Of a stretch of 64,000 nt of DNA, positions 27,162-36,993 are shown piece by piece (the stretch's first letter is position 1; the number at the start of each line of letters is the position of its first letter). The notes beneath the pieces were generated by a model, which saw only the letters and a list, made by a program, of their open reading frames with translations, was not told the origin of the DNA and searched no databases. The stretch covers positions 64,001 through 128,000 of the forward strand of contig JAEOSK010000001.1 of assembly GCA_016840405.1 (NCBI GenBank), in the 5' to 3' direction. The DNA comes from Candidatus Hermodarchaeum yapensis. GTDB lineage: Archaea; Asgardarchaeota; Hermodarchaeia; Hermodarchaeales; Hermodarchaeaceae. The translations under genes and the position numbers were made by a program.

Positions 27162-29075
27162 CTATGATGGAAGTACTCCTTGGGATTTCAAATCCTTTGC
27201 AATATCCTCGAGTCCTAACGTTTGAAGTGTATTATAAGTAGGAATTCCCGTCTTAACATCCCAATCATAGAGTGTATAGTATTCATCGAGCATAGGCTCC
27301 AAATCAACCGTCTGTCCTTTGCTAGGACCACTGGGAAATGGTTCATGTGTAAAACGACGGGGTAAACGATCATCTTTACGACTAATGCCTTCACGAACGT
27401 TAAAGCATCGTTTCAATGTCACTAGGCGTGCTCCAATATGCATCATTTCCTCGATACTATCAAAGGCAGGTTCACCTGTCACCGCGGCTAGAAGTGGAGC
27501 GAAATCTTCAACCCAAAATATGGGTGGCCATGAACAGGTATACCAACACACAATTAGGCTATCGCGAATGGCGTACACTTTTTCAGTTACTACGGTGGCT
27601 AGGGCTTTGTGGGTTTCGACGTATGGATCACAGATTTCTGGGAGTTTGTCCTCTCCAAAACGTTCTGCTGCGACTTCTTTGTAGGCCAGCTGATCCATCG
27701 TCACAAGGTTTCGTAAATGATCAGCACCTCGAGCTGAAACGGCATGGCCTAACGCCATGGATCGATGGGCTCGTCCATCTTGTCCGGAAATCTCCATACC
27801 CTTGACCGTCATATCATAAGGTTCAGCTGTGGCACCCTTTTTCTTTGCAATTCGATGGCTCCCTTCAGCTGCAAGATCACCCAAACCTTTTCGTTCTGCT
27901 ATTGCCTGAATCAGCTGAACAAGGCCCTCCTTATTGCCCCATTGAATATCCAATTCTCTTCGTTCTTCTTCGGATAGAAGTCCATGTTCTGCCAATTCCA
28001 TAAGAAATGCAGCTGTACAGCCTGCGCTGATAACATCTAATCCATATTCATTGCACAAGTGCTGTGTTTGCAAAATAGTTGGAATATCATCAATTCCCAC
28101 ATTACTCCCCATTGCCATAATACCCTCATATTCCGGTCCCTCAGTAATGAGTCCCTTATAGGGGCCTTCCTCTACTTTGAATGCCTTCTTACAAGCTAAC
28201 CGACACGTAGCACAGGCTCGTGTGGTGTGATAATAGTTGTCGTGAAAGGTTTCGGCGGAAATCCGGTCCCATCCCTCATAGACTCCTTCTCGGTGGTTAT
28301 AGGTTGGTAATTCTCCGATACTTTGTTTGGTTGCTACCAGAATAGGTGTACCATATTTTCGCATTTCCAAGGCTTGGGGATTTTCTTGGACTCGCTGGTG
28401 TCCTTCTTCCCATAGCGCTTTGAATCGTTGGGGATCTGCCACGTCAACACTCCCGGTTCCCCGCACCACGATGGCTTTCAGCTTCTTACTTCCCATCACC
28501 GCTCCCAGTCCTGTACGCCCTGCCGCGCGAGCTCCATCCACCATAATCGCTGAATATTTTACCAGGTTTTCTCCACCCGGACCAATTAGGGCCACATGAC
28601 CATGCTGCTGTTTTAGATCTTTTCGCAGTCCTTTTGAAGCTTTGAGTGTTTTTTGCCCCCAGTAGGGGATTCCAGAATGAAACTCAACCTTTTCATCTAC
28701 AATAGAGAGTACTGTAGGCTTCTCAGCTTGTCCCCCAATAATGATGAAATCATACCCCGCATATTTGATTTCAGGTCCTAGATGGCCCCCGACATGACTT
28801 TCCGCCCAAATACCCGTAAGCGGCGATTTACTCACCACCGCCATGCGACCCGCAGTCGGCCACACCGTGCCAGTAGCTGGACCCGTACAGAAATACAACT
28901 TATTCTCAGGGCCCAACGGATCAACGCCCTTTGGAATCTCATGGTAAAGGAGGTGCCCAGCATAACCCGTTCCTCCAATGAACCGACGTGCGAGATCCTG
29001 AGAGGTAGACTCGGTGGTAACCTTCTGACTAGTCAAATCGATGCGAAGAATCTTACCCGCGTAGCCTTTGTACAT
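27162..29075 (-). CDS. aor: aldehyde:ferredoxin oxidoreductase family (tungstopterin) enzyme
   Basis: YAGKILRIDL, KSPLTG, IGPGGENLV, AAGRTGLGAVMGSKKLKAI, CxxCxxxC, GPEYE, RGADH, DDRLPRRF. Confidence 0.93.
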   Translation of the reverse strand: MYKGYAGKILRIDLTSQKVTTESTSQDLARRFIGGTGYAGHLLYHEIPKGVDPLGPENKLYFCTGPATGTVWPTAGRMAVVSKSPLTGIWAESHVGGHLGPEIKYAGYDFIIIGGQAEKPTVLSIVDEKVEFHSGIPYWGQKTLKASKGLRKDLKQQHGHVALIGPGGENLVKYSAIMVDGARAAGRTGLGAVMGSKKLKAIVVRGTGSVDVADPQRFKALWEEGHQRVQENPQALEMRKYGTPILVATKQSIGELPTYNHREGVYEGWDRISAETFHDNYYHTTRACATCRLACKKAFKVEEGPYKGLITEGPEYEGIMAMGSNVGIDDIPTILQTQHLCNEYGLDVISAGCTAAFLMELAEHGLLSEEERRELDIQWGNKEGLVQLIQAIAERKGLGDLAAEGSHRIAKKKGATAEPYDMTVKGMEISGQDGRAHRSMALGHAVSARGADHLRNLVTMDQLAYKEVAAERFGEDKLPEICDPYVETHKALATVVTEKVYAIRDSLIVCWYTCSWPPIFWVEDFAPLLAAVTGEPAFDSIEEMMHIGARLVTLKRCFNVREGISRKDDRLPRRFTHEPFPSGPSKGQTVDLEPMLDEYYTLYDWDVKTGIPTYNTLQTLGLEDIAKDLKSQGVLPS

Positions 29076-29076
29076 C

Positions 29077-29607
29077 CTACTTACCTCCCTGCCGATCTAG
29101 CGGCAGCTCCTTTTGTTGAAGAAAGAATTCCAAGGCCTCCATCATCTCCCCTACACCGAATTCGCCTTCAACCAGATTATCAGTGTACACTAGCGCTTCC
29201 GTAGGGCAGAACTTGACACATTGTGGGTCTCCACCACAAAGGTCACATTTCAAGGGAAACTGCGTATCCTCATCCAGGCGAATCGCCAGCTTCTGTTCTG
29301 AAGCCACTGCATCCAGTCCTATGACACAAGCACTCACACATGAGCCACACTGAATGCACAAGTCCTGATCAACTACGACAGCATTTGTCTCCGCATCACG
29401 GGAAATGGCTTCTTCTGGACATGCTTCAAGACATGGGGCATCAGCACACTGCTGACAAACCACGGGCACATCCTGAACCGTCTCATCAAAAGACAGAACG
29501 TGAATGCGTGCCTTACTGGGCTGAAATCGCTCTTCATGTTGCTCACTACATGTCAATTCACAAACACGGCATCCAGAACATCGATTGGGAATCACAGCAA
29601 CCCGCAA
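29077..29607 (-). CDS. 4Fe-4S dicluster ferredoxin-like subunit partnering AOR
   Basis: CSGCRVCELTC, CQQCADAPCLEACP, CIQCGSCVSAC, KCDLCGGDPQCVKFCP. Confidence 0.93.
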   Translation of the reverse strand: MRVAVIPNRCSGCRVCELTCSEQHEERFQPSKARIHVLSFDETVQDVPVVCQQCADAPCLEACPEEAISRDAETNAVVVDQDLCIQCGSCVSACVIGLDAVASEQKLAIRLDEDTQFPLKCDLCGGDPQCVKFCPTEALVYTDNLVEGEFGVGEMMEALEFFLQQKELPLDRQGGK

Positions 29608-29953
29608 AATCCATCACAAACCAGGTAAAATCCTCACCTAGAGGGCTCTGATGTGTCAAAAAAAGCTTATGAATCAACCTCGCTAATTGGTTTTTACCCC
29701 CGTCTCTTCTTTTTTATACAAGAAAATAGACTTGGTGCATTTCAGTCAAAGCGGAATACCTCAATGAATCTACAAGAAAAAGAGCCGCTAAACCTATCCA
29801 AAACTAAACGGAACCGTCTAAAATTCCAATAAATGATATGACTCGTTAACCACAAATTTTAGGAAATCTCATCTCTGCCACCGAACAGTTTTTTAGAGTC
29901 CGACCGTAAACCCAAGAATAGAACAGAGCAAGTACAGCGGGAAGCGCGCAACC

Positions 29954-30499
29954 GTGGAAGACGAAGGCATCATGCTCAAACTCGTCATCGCAGGCGAAGG
30001 CGGTGTGGGCAAAACCACAATGGTCCGACGATACGTCGAAGGCACATACCACGATTCAATTCTTACCGTAGGCGCTGCTTTTGCGGCAAAGCGATTAATT
30101 GTGAATAATAGTAGGGAGCAGACGGGTGTTAAATTACAGATTTGGGATTTTGGTGGGGAGAAGCGGTTTCGGTTTTTATTGCCGAAGTTTTGCCTTGGGG
30201 CGCGTGGGGCGATGCTTGCCTTTGATTTGAATCGGTTTAGTACGTTTTTGAAGCTTGATCAGTGGCTTGAGCTTATCCGGGATAACACCGAAGAGATTCC
30301 CGTCGTGTTAATCGGGATGAAGGCGGATTTGCAGCGGGCGATTGAACAAAAGGAAGTTGTCAATTTCGCGAAGACCCATAACTTGAAAGCATATTTTGAG
30401 ACGAGTTCAAAGGATGATTTGAATGTCACTCCTGCCTTTGAGTATATTGCAAAAGAAATGCTGGAGTATGTCCAGCAACGCGTCAATAAATCCGCATAG
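29954..30499 (+). CDS. Rab-like small GTPase
   Basis: KLVIAGEGGVGKTT, LTVG, LQIWDFGGEKRF, GMKADL (G4 variant), ETSSK; no C-terminal prenylation Cys. Confidence 0.92.
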   Translation: MEDEGIMLKLVIAGEGGVGKTTMVRRYVEGTYHDSILTVGAAFAAKRLIVNNSREQTGVKLQIWDFGGEKRFRFLLPKFCLGARGAMLAFDLNRFSTFLKLDQWLELIRDNTEEIPVVLIGMKADLQRAIEQKEVVNFAKTHNLKAYFETSSKDDLNVTPAFEYIAKEMLEYVQQRVNKSA

Positions 30500-30505
30500 G
30501 ATAAC

Positions 30506-31879
30506 AATGATGTTGGGAGAAAGCCCTTGACTTCAGTCGTGGAATGAACTCCTCCGCAACCCGTGATATACAACACTTCTCTCCACCCCCCAACGGTTTA
30601 AATCCCCTCACCATGAAATCCCCCTTCACATGACTGAACAGGTGAACCGGGCTCCGTCGCACCAACACAGTAACCCTCACACCCTCCGCCTCCCAACACC
30701 TACACCTCCTGCAGCTGGCCGAAGAGTGCGCCAGACTCTGGAACGAACTCACCTACTGACGCCGCCAAGCATTTTTCCGTGGAAAAATCACCTGGGAGTG
30801 GCAGGACCTCTACGACGCCTACAAAGGTGATGTGGGCTCGGCCACCGCCCAACAGATTGAACGCAAGAACAGTGAGGCCTGGCGTTCATTCTTCGCCCTC
30901 CTCTGATTAAAAACGAAGGGACGACTTCCATCCCATATCAACTGCGTAGGTCCACCGGGCTACTGGAAGTATCGTCGCACCAATACACGGAAGCTCATCA
31001 TTATCTTTCGCTGTGATTCCTATCGATTTGACGAGGGCATATTATATCTCCCCAAAAAATTGACTGTTAAATGGCAGGGGAAGCCCAAATGGGTGGGTTG
31101 GACCAAACAGGGTCAGCTAACCATCCACTATGATAATGTTACTGGCAAGTGGTATGCCCGTCAACCAGTGGAGGTTGAACCTCCCCATCAACCGCTCTCG
31201 CATCGGAGAGCCTTTGTTGGCCTGGGCGTGATTAATTTGCTGACCGTTGCCCTGGATGGTGCGTGGCAAACGTTGGTCTACAGTGGGCGTTCGGTCTTGG
31301 CGGATTGGTGGTATCTCTCTCATCGGATTGATCGGTTGAAGTCTCTAGCAAAGACGATAAACCATCGGAAATCAACGCATCGGATCCGTCGGTTATTTCG
31401 TCGTCGTCTGCGGTTACGCCAGTATGTGAATACGGTGGTTCGTCGGGCGGTAGCTGATTTGTGGGCGCACGGTGTGTCGCAGCTGGTGGTAGGGGATCTC
31501 ACTGGGATTCTGGCGGTAAAAAGTGGTGGGCGGAAGGCTCATGCGATGACACATAATTGCTGGAGTCATCGGTATCTTATGCAACGGATCACGGAGGTGG
31601 CAGAAGAATATGGTATTGTGGTGGAACGGGTGGATGAGCGGGGCACTTCAAGTAAGTGTCCACGCTGTCGGTCGAAGCGAGTAACACGACTAGGTCGCCT
31701 GTTCAAATGCCAGGAGTGTAGATTAGAAGCTCATCGAGATGGTGTGGGCGTAGTCAACATAGGGCTTGCTCAAGGCGCAGCGTTCCCTGGGGAAGTCGTT
31801 AACGGGGCAGTGGCATGCCCTTTGGAGGTCAGTGGATGACATCCAAGAATCTCCCGGCTTTAGCCGTGGAGAGTGTCAA
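30506..31879 (+). mobile_element. IS200/IS605-family element, tnpB only (IS1341-like), decayed
   Basis: Left-end hairpin after AAAG (AAAGCCCTTGACTTCAGTCGTGGA, 30520-30543); right end GAATCTCCCGGCTTTAGCCGTGGAGAGTGTCAA with the GAAT/TCAA pair as in IS608; left boundary approximate. Confidence 0.85.
30652..31839 (+). pseudogene. tnpB: tnpB pseudogene
   Basis: One frame from RRTNTVTL..ARLWNE to the CPRC/CQEC Zn finger and HRD..G..NI; in-frame TGA at 30757 and 30904; RuvC-I Asp replaced (AFVGLG). Confidence 0.88.
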
Positions 31880-31889
31880 ATTGTGACAT

Positions 31890-32106
31890 CCTTTCCTTCC
31901 TTTTAGAAGGAGTTTCGGACTGTTCCTTGCTGTTACACTCGTCGCCGAGGCCCGTTTAGCCCAAAAATTATCAGGTTCTGATGTTGCTCCGCCCCGCACC
32001 TGCCCCTTGTTCAGGGGAATTTCTTGCACATGCCGGAGGGGGCATCATGTACGGAGATGCAGCCCTGCCACATAATGACTGGGGCAATAGTATTCCAGTC
32101 GGGCAT
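31890..32106 (-). ncRNA. candidate structured ncRNA of unknown family (or a 31-aa leaderless ORF)
   Basis: Minus-strand TTTATA at 32136-32131 about 25 nt upstream; several short stems; GC-richer than its flanks. Confidence 0.35.
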
Positions 32107-32233
32107 ATTTTGAGCTGTAGCAAAAAATTCTATAAACCCCGTGATTCATCCCCAAGTACAGGTGGAGGGCTTCTCGCCGACAAGGTTAAATCAATTCTGC
32201 TTTTATTCCCTCCTTGTAATTGGTGACTTCACC

Positions 32234-33547
32234 TTGAAAGATAAAGTGCTCAAAACGTTTGGAAAGACCCATTACGTATCAGAACTGGGTCCCTCAATGA
32301 AAGATCAATCAGTCACACTTACCGGATGGGTTCACCGTAAACGTGAACATGGCGGTGTCATTTTCATTATTGTGCGTGATTCCACAGGTATTGTTCAGGT
32401 GGCAGGGCATCGTGGGCAAATGCCTGATGTGGTCTTTGATGCTATGCAGCAAGTGACTGTTGAATCGTCCATTGTTGTTACGGGAACTATTACAATTGAT
32501 AAGCGAGCTCCAACGGGTATTGAGTTGAAGGTCACCGATTTTCAAATCATCAATCTCGCGGATTCAGAGTGGCCTTTGGAAAAGGATGCGGGTGAAGCGT
32601 TTCTGTATGATAAGCGCCACCTCTATCTTCGCAGTCCTAGTCAAACGTCGATAATGCAAATCAAAGCAGGGATTAGTCGCGCGGCTCATCAATTCTTTGA
32701 TGGAGAGGGGTTCACAGAGATTTTTCCTCCGGTCATGGTAGGAGCTAGTGTAGAGGGTGGAGCTACGCTTTTTCCTTTCAAGTACTTTGGAAGTACGGCT
32801 TATTTGAGTCAGAGTGCGCAGTTGTATGAAGAGGCGGCTATTTGTGGCCTAGAAAAGGTGTATTTGTTATCGCCGAGTTTTCGTGCTGAAAAACATAGGA
32901 CTCGTCGGCATCTCACGGAATATTGGCATTTAGAATCTGAGATTCTCTTTGGCACTCATGATGATATTATGGGTGTGGAAGAACGCTTAGTTCACGCGAT
33001 GGTCTCCTATGTAGAAAAACACTACCAAAGCCAATTGAAAATTCTCGATGTAAAGGTGCGAGTGCCCAAACTACCCTTCAAACGGATAACTTACGATGAG
33101 GCTGTGGAAATTGCTGGTCAGCAAGGGTTCACAGTTCGGTGGGGTGAAGATTTGGGGACCGAAGCTGAACGTGCAGTATCGAAACAATTCAAAGATCCCT
33201 TTTTCATCATGGGATATCCGACTGCAGCCCGGTCATTTTATCATATGCCTGACCCTGCACGTCCTGAGGTTACCTTAAGCAGCGACCTCGTTGCGCCAGA
33301 AGGATATGGTGAATTGACAAGCGGAGGTCAGCGTATCCACGATTTAGACCTTCTGTTAGAACGGATTAAGAATGAAAAACTGGATCCGTCTGCTTACGAT
33401 TGGTATCTCGAGTTGCGGAAATTTGGATTACCCCCGCATTCAGGGTTCGGGATGGGGCTAGAACGGTTTTTAGTTTGGCTTTTGCGCCTTAAACACATTC
33501 GCGAGGCTTGCCTGTTCCCCAGGACACCCAGCCGGATACAACCTTAG
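32234..33547 (+). CDS. asnS: asparagine--tRNA ligase
   Basis: OB fold GWVHRKR, VEGGATLF..KYF...AYLSQSAQLY, FRAEKHRTRRHLTEYWH, PHSGFGMGLER; likely start TTG 32234 (track 32141). Confidence 0.9.
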   Translation: MKDKVLKTFGKTHYVSELGPSMKDQSVTLTGWVHRKREHGGVIFIIVRDSTGIVQVAGHRGQMPDVVFDAMQQVTVESSIVVTGTITIDKRAPTGIELKVTDFQIINLADSEWPLEKDAGEAFLYDKRHLYLRSPSQTSIMQIKAGISRAAHQFFDGEGFTEIFPPVMVGASVEGGATLFPFKYFGSTAYLSQSAQLYEEAAICGLEKVYLLSPSFRAEKHRTRRHLTEYWHLESEILFGTHDDIMGVEERLVHAMVSYVEKHYQSQLKILDVKVRVPKLPFKRITYDEAVEIAGQQGFTVRWGEDLGTEAERAVSKQFKDPFFIMGYPTAARSFYHMPDPARPEVTLSSDLVAPEGYGELTSGGQRIHDLDLLLERIKNEKLDPSAYDWYLELRKFGLPPHSGFGMGLERFLVWLLRLKHIREACLFPRTPSRIQP

Positions 33548-33649
33548 ATTGTCGTAAAGTAAAGTTTTTTCACTATCATTCTGAGGTCGGGGCAAGCTTA
33601 AAGATGAGTGTCCGTTCTAGTAACCAGCTCGGATATCTAGGTGCCTTGT

Positions 33650-34336
33650 ATGGTAGTACATGCAGTGTGGATAATCGATACTAGTGGAATCCCACTTTAC
33701 CATAAGGCATATTCTCCCCTCGAGTTTGATCCAACGCTATTTAGTAGTTTTTTCTCTTCTCTAGTGCATTTCCAAAGCGAAATGATGGGACGCCAATTAC
33801 AGGATATCACCTTCGAAGATCTCTCCTTTAGTTACATTGTGGATGCTGGCCTCGTATTTCTAGCAAGTGTGAAAAAAGATGCTTCTACTGGGAAGCTGCT
33901 AGAGTCCCTCCGAGACGTTTTCTTCAAGTTCTTCAAAGACGATTTAATTCTCCTTAGTACAATGCTGCGAACGAGTCCAAGGGCTCGCGAACTGCTCCAA
34001 AACTTTGAGCTGGAAGTCGACACACTCGTCGGGTATACTCCTCAAAAGGAGCCTGTTCCTGTTCGGGTTACGGCCATTCCACGGCTTTTACATAAAGACT
34101 CACCAATTCGGCAAGATCTGTTGCGACGCTTTGGTATGAAGGCGATTTTGATAGTGATGTTAGCGGATGGAACTTATCGTATAAATGACATTTCAACGGC
34201 TTTGGATATTCCAGCAAAAGAAGTTGAAGAAATTGTAGGGCATGCACAACGACGTGGCTACTTGAAAGTCGTTTCTGCCTATCAATCTGAAGAACTTGCA
34301 CAACCTGAACCCGGGGAACAACTTCCTGAACCCTAG
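33650..34336 (+). CDS. longin-like domain + winged-helix protein
   Basis: VHAVWIIDTSGIPLYHKAY...DPTLFSSFFSSL..F..E (longin-type); C-terminal ADGTYRINDIS..LDIP..EVEEIV....RGYL wHTH. Confidence 0.75.
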   Translation: MVVHAVWIIDTSGIPLYHKAYSPLEFDPTLFSSFFSSLVHFQSEMMGRQLQDITFEDLSFSYIVDAGLVFLASVKKDASTGKLLESLRDVFFKFFKDDLILLSTMLRTSPRARELLQNFELEVDTLVGYTPQKEPVPVRVTAIPRLLHKDSPIRQDLLRRFGMKAILIVMLADGTYRINDISTALDIPAKEVEEIVGHAQRRGYLKVVSAYQSEELAQPEPGEQLPEP

Positions 34337-34337
34337 T

Positions 34338-35165
34338 CTAATCGCTCTTCTCTATGCTCCGACGAGGGTCTTCAGCCTTAAATTTCGAGAGACAGGTTTT
34401 TTCAAAACATTGGGAGCACGTTAAATCGCTTTGTTCCCAACGATTACGGAAAATGTCGAGATACAATCCGCGCACCCATTGGGATGTTGAATATTCCACC
34501 ATATCATCAAGACCACCTAATCCTCTATCCGTAAGTGGTGCGGTTCCCCGCCAAACACCACTATCATCAACTAAGATCCCATTGAAGTGGAGATGAGAGC
34601 AAAGACGAAACTCGACGCCTTCATTTTCCAAGGTTCGTAGGGCATCTGCCTGTTTCCATCGTTCGACTCCCTGAATAAGGGCGGGCGGAGTAGTGATAAT
34701 GCGGATTTTCACACCAGCTTCATGTAATTCCTTCAGCAACGTGAGGAGATTCACAACTGGTTTCTGCTCTTCTGGATCAACTAAATCGATGCCATGGAGC
34801 TGGTGAGTTAAAATCAGAACTCGATATTGTGCTGATTGCAGCATGCGCAGAAGCTGTTGAACAACCTGTGGTCCACGAAGTAACTGTACTTCGCCCCTCC
34901 CTTCTTGGTCCGCTAGAGATTCTGCTTCTGCCTCGGGAGTAAGATGCGAACGCTTCAATTGGGTTGCATTATTGGCGTATTCTAAACTTCGTTGCATGAG
35001 TACTCCTCGTAACGAAGAAGTATTCGCTCGATCGGCTAATTCCCGTAATTCTTGAGAAAGTTGGGTAAGAAGCTCAACAGCTTCGTCGATTTTTCCCTCT
35101 TCCTCAAGGCGCTTTGCTTCACTTGTGCGAATTCCAATTTCACGAAGTTCTTTGTCCAACGCCAA
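34338..35165 (-). CDS. MIT-like domain + degenerate PLD-fold domain protein
   Basis: EAKRLEEEGKIDEAVELL...L.QRSLEYANNATQLK (MIT pattern); AGVKIRIIT, HLHFNGILVDD..VWRGTAPLT (HKD-like, Lys lost). Confidence 0.72.
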   Translation of the reverse strand: MALDKELREIGIRTSEAKRLEEEGKIDEAVELLTQLSQELRELADRANTSSLRGVLMQRSLEYANNATQLKRSHLTPEAEAESLADQEGRGEVQLLRGPQVVQQLLRMLQSAQYRVLILTHQLHGIDLVDPEEQKPVVNLLTLLKELHEAGVKIRIITTPPALIQGVERWKQADALRTLENEGVEFRLCSHLHFNGILVDDSGVWRGTAPLTDRGLGGLDDMVEYSTSQWVRGLYLDIFRNRWEQSDLTCSQCFEKTCLSKFKAEDPRRSIEKSD

Positions 35166-35321
35166 AACGGGTGCCTCCCAGCGTCAAGCCTAAGATTCGC
35201 TAGGCGCCCTTACATTTAACGCTTTTCTTAGATGGTCTGAAGAAGTTGCCGATGAACTTTAAGCCCACTCTGTCGATAAACCCATGAATGAAACGCGCAT
35301 TGAAATTCAAGTCAAAGGGGG

Positions 35322-36971
35322 TTGCTTCCAATCTCTAAGGTTCTTCGAAAAAGCTCTCCATATTTTGAGGTCACTGAAGCAGATGACAATACCATTAAAC
35401 GCCTAGGTCAAGTCGCAGAACATCTTGCGCCTACTGAGAATACGAAGCCGACGCGGTTCAAATTTCAAATTGAAAAAGCCGTTTTACAGCCTCTGGACGA
35501 TTTGAATAAACTTTTTGCTCAGGTTAATTACACTCTGTCGCCAAACCTACAGAAAACCATACTCAAGAAACAAGCAATCAGTAGATACGCTGAGCTCAGG
35601 CTCCGGAAGAGCGATCTGGTCCTAAAACCCACTGGATTTCTAGACCTTACTGGAATCAAATCCTTACTTACATATAACTCGAAAGAAAAAATCTTCCACG
35701 CACGAATAATGGACTATTATACCATTCATCGGTTTTTAGAAAATAAAGGCTATCCGGTAATCGTCCACTTCGTCTTGGATTTCCAATTACCAGAAGAGGT
35801 TAGGAGTCAACTTGAATTAGATATGGTGCTGCGAGAATACCAAGAAGAGGCACTTCGACGCTGGGAGGGGGCACGCGGTCGTGGCGTAGTTGTTCTCCCA
35901 ACAGGTGGAGGGAAGACAATACTTGCTTTGGAAGCCATTCGGAAATTTGCTGTAAAGACGCTTATTGTTGTTCCTACGCTAGATCTTCTCAGTCAATGGA
36001 AAGAAGCTCTCGAAGTCCTGCTTCACGTTCCTGAAGTTGGTATCCTTGGTGGAGGCAAAAAGACAGTTCACCATATTACGGTTGCGACTTATGACTCTGC
36101 ATCGCTGTTGGCACATCAACTAGTCAATAAGTTTGGATTACTCGTGTTTGACGAAGTACATCATCTCCCCAGCCCTACTTACCGTTTAGCTGCTGAATTC
36201 TCATTAGCTCCTCACCGTCTAGGACTTACAGCAACCCCCAAACGATATGATGAACTCCATCACGACCTCGATCTGCTCGTAGGTCCAACAGTATATCGCA
36301 TAGCACCTCGTCTTCTAGAAAAAAATGGTTATCTTGCACCCTATCAAATTCAGCGGATTCAAGTATCTCTCAAACCAGAGGAACAGACTCGTTACGAATC
36401 CCATATTCGCATTTTTCGGAATTATACGCGTCGATTGGACGATATTGAACCTGGCTGGCAGTTTGATACCATTGTGAAACGGACTGTCTTTGATCCCGAT
36501 GCACGAGAAGCGCTTTCTAATCTTGAAAAGGCTCGACGTGTGGCCCTCGAAGCCTCAGGGAAAATTGAACATATAGAAAAGCTTCTTCAACAGTATCGCG
36601 ATGAAAAGGTTATCATATTTTCGCGATACACTCGAGTTGTGGAGAAAGTATCTAACCTTTTTGGTCTGCCTCTTATTACTCATAAAACCAAAGTCTCGGA
36701 ACGCGAACGCATATTATCGCAGTTCAAGACAGGAGGCTTATCAAAAGTTGTGACGGGACAGGTGCTTGATGAAGGCGTGGATGTGCCTGATGCATCTATA
36801 GGAATTATTGTTTCGGGGACAGGTAGCAAACGCGAGTTCATTCAGCGTCTTGGTCGGCTTCTCCGACCACAAAAAGAGCAGGCTATCTTGTATGAACTCG
36901 TAACTGAATCAACGTTGGAAGATGGTCTTTCACGTCGTAGGCAGTTTGATGAAGAAGACGGTGGAAGCTAG
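35322..36971 (+). CDS. xpb: XPB/Rad25-family SF2 helicase
   Basis: LREYQEEA, LPTGGGKT, DEVHH, LGLTATP, LDEGVDVPDA, QRLGRLLRP. Confidence 0.92.
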   Translation: MLPISKVLRKSSPYFEVTEADDNTIKRLGQVAEHLAPTENTKPTRFKFQIEKAVLQPLDDLNKLFAQVNYTLSPNLQKTILKKQAISRYAELRLRKSDLVLKPTGFLDLTGIKSLLTYNSKEKIFHARIMDYYTIHRFLENKGYPVIVHFVLDFQLPEEVRSQLELDMVLREYQEEALRRWEGARGRGVVVLPTGGGKTILALEAIRKFAVKTLIVVPTLDLLSQWKEALEVLLHVPEVGILGGGKKTVHHITVATYDSASLLAHQLVNKFGLLVFDEVHHLPSPTYRLAAEFSLAPHRLGLTATPKRYDELHHDLDLLVGPTVYRIAPRLLEKNGYLAPYQIQRIQVSLKPEEQTRYESHIRIFRNYTRRLDDIEPGWQFDTIVKRTVFDPDAREALSNLEKARRVALEASGKIEHIEKLLQQYRDEKVIIFSRYTRVVEKVSNLFGLPLITHKTKVSERERILSQFKTGGLSKVVTGQVLDEGVDVPDASIGIIVSGTGSKREFIQRLGRLLRPQKEQAILYELVTESTLEDGLSRRRQFDEEDGGS

Positions 36972-36993
36972 TTGATTCTTGGTGTTCGTCGAG

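Noticed and set aside
30652-31839. Domesticated nuclease-dead TnpB (TldR-like) or Sec read-through of the TGA codons
   Set aside because: Two stops fall at positions where Arg fits, and transposon ends are retained; ordinary decay is simpler.
31900-32110. SRP RNA (possibly permuted) or RNase P RNA
   Set aside because: CAGG..AGCA lacks the paired stem and GNRA loop of SRP helix 8, and RNase P-like words occur in the wrong order; kept only as an unknown candidate.
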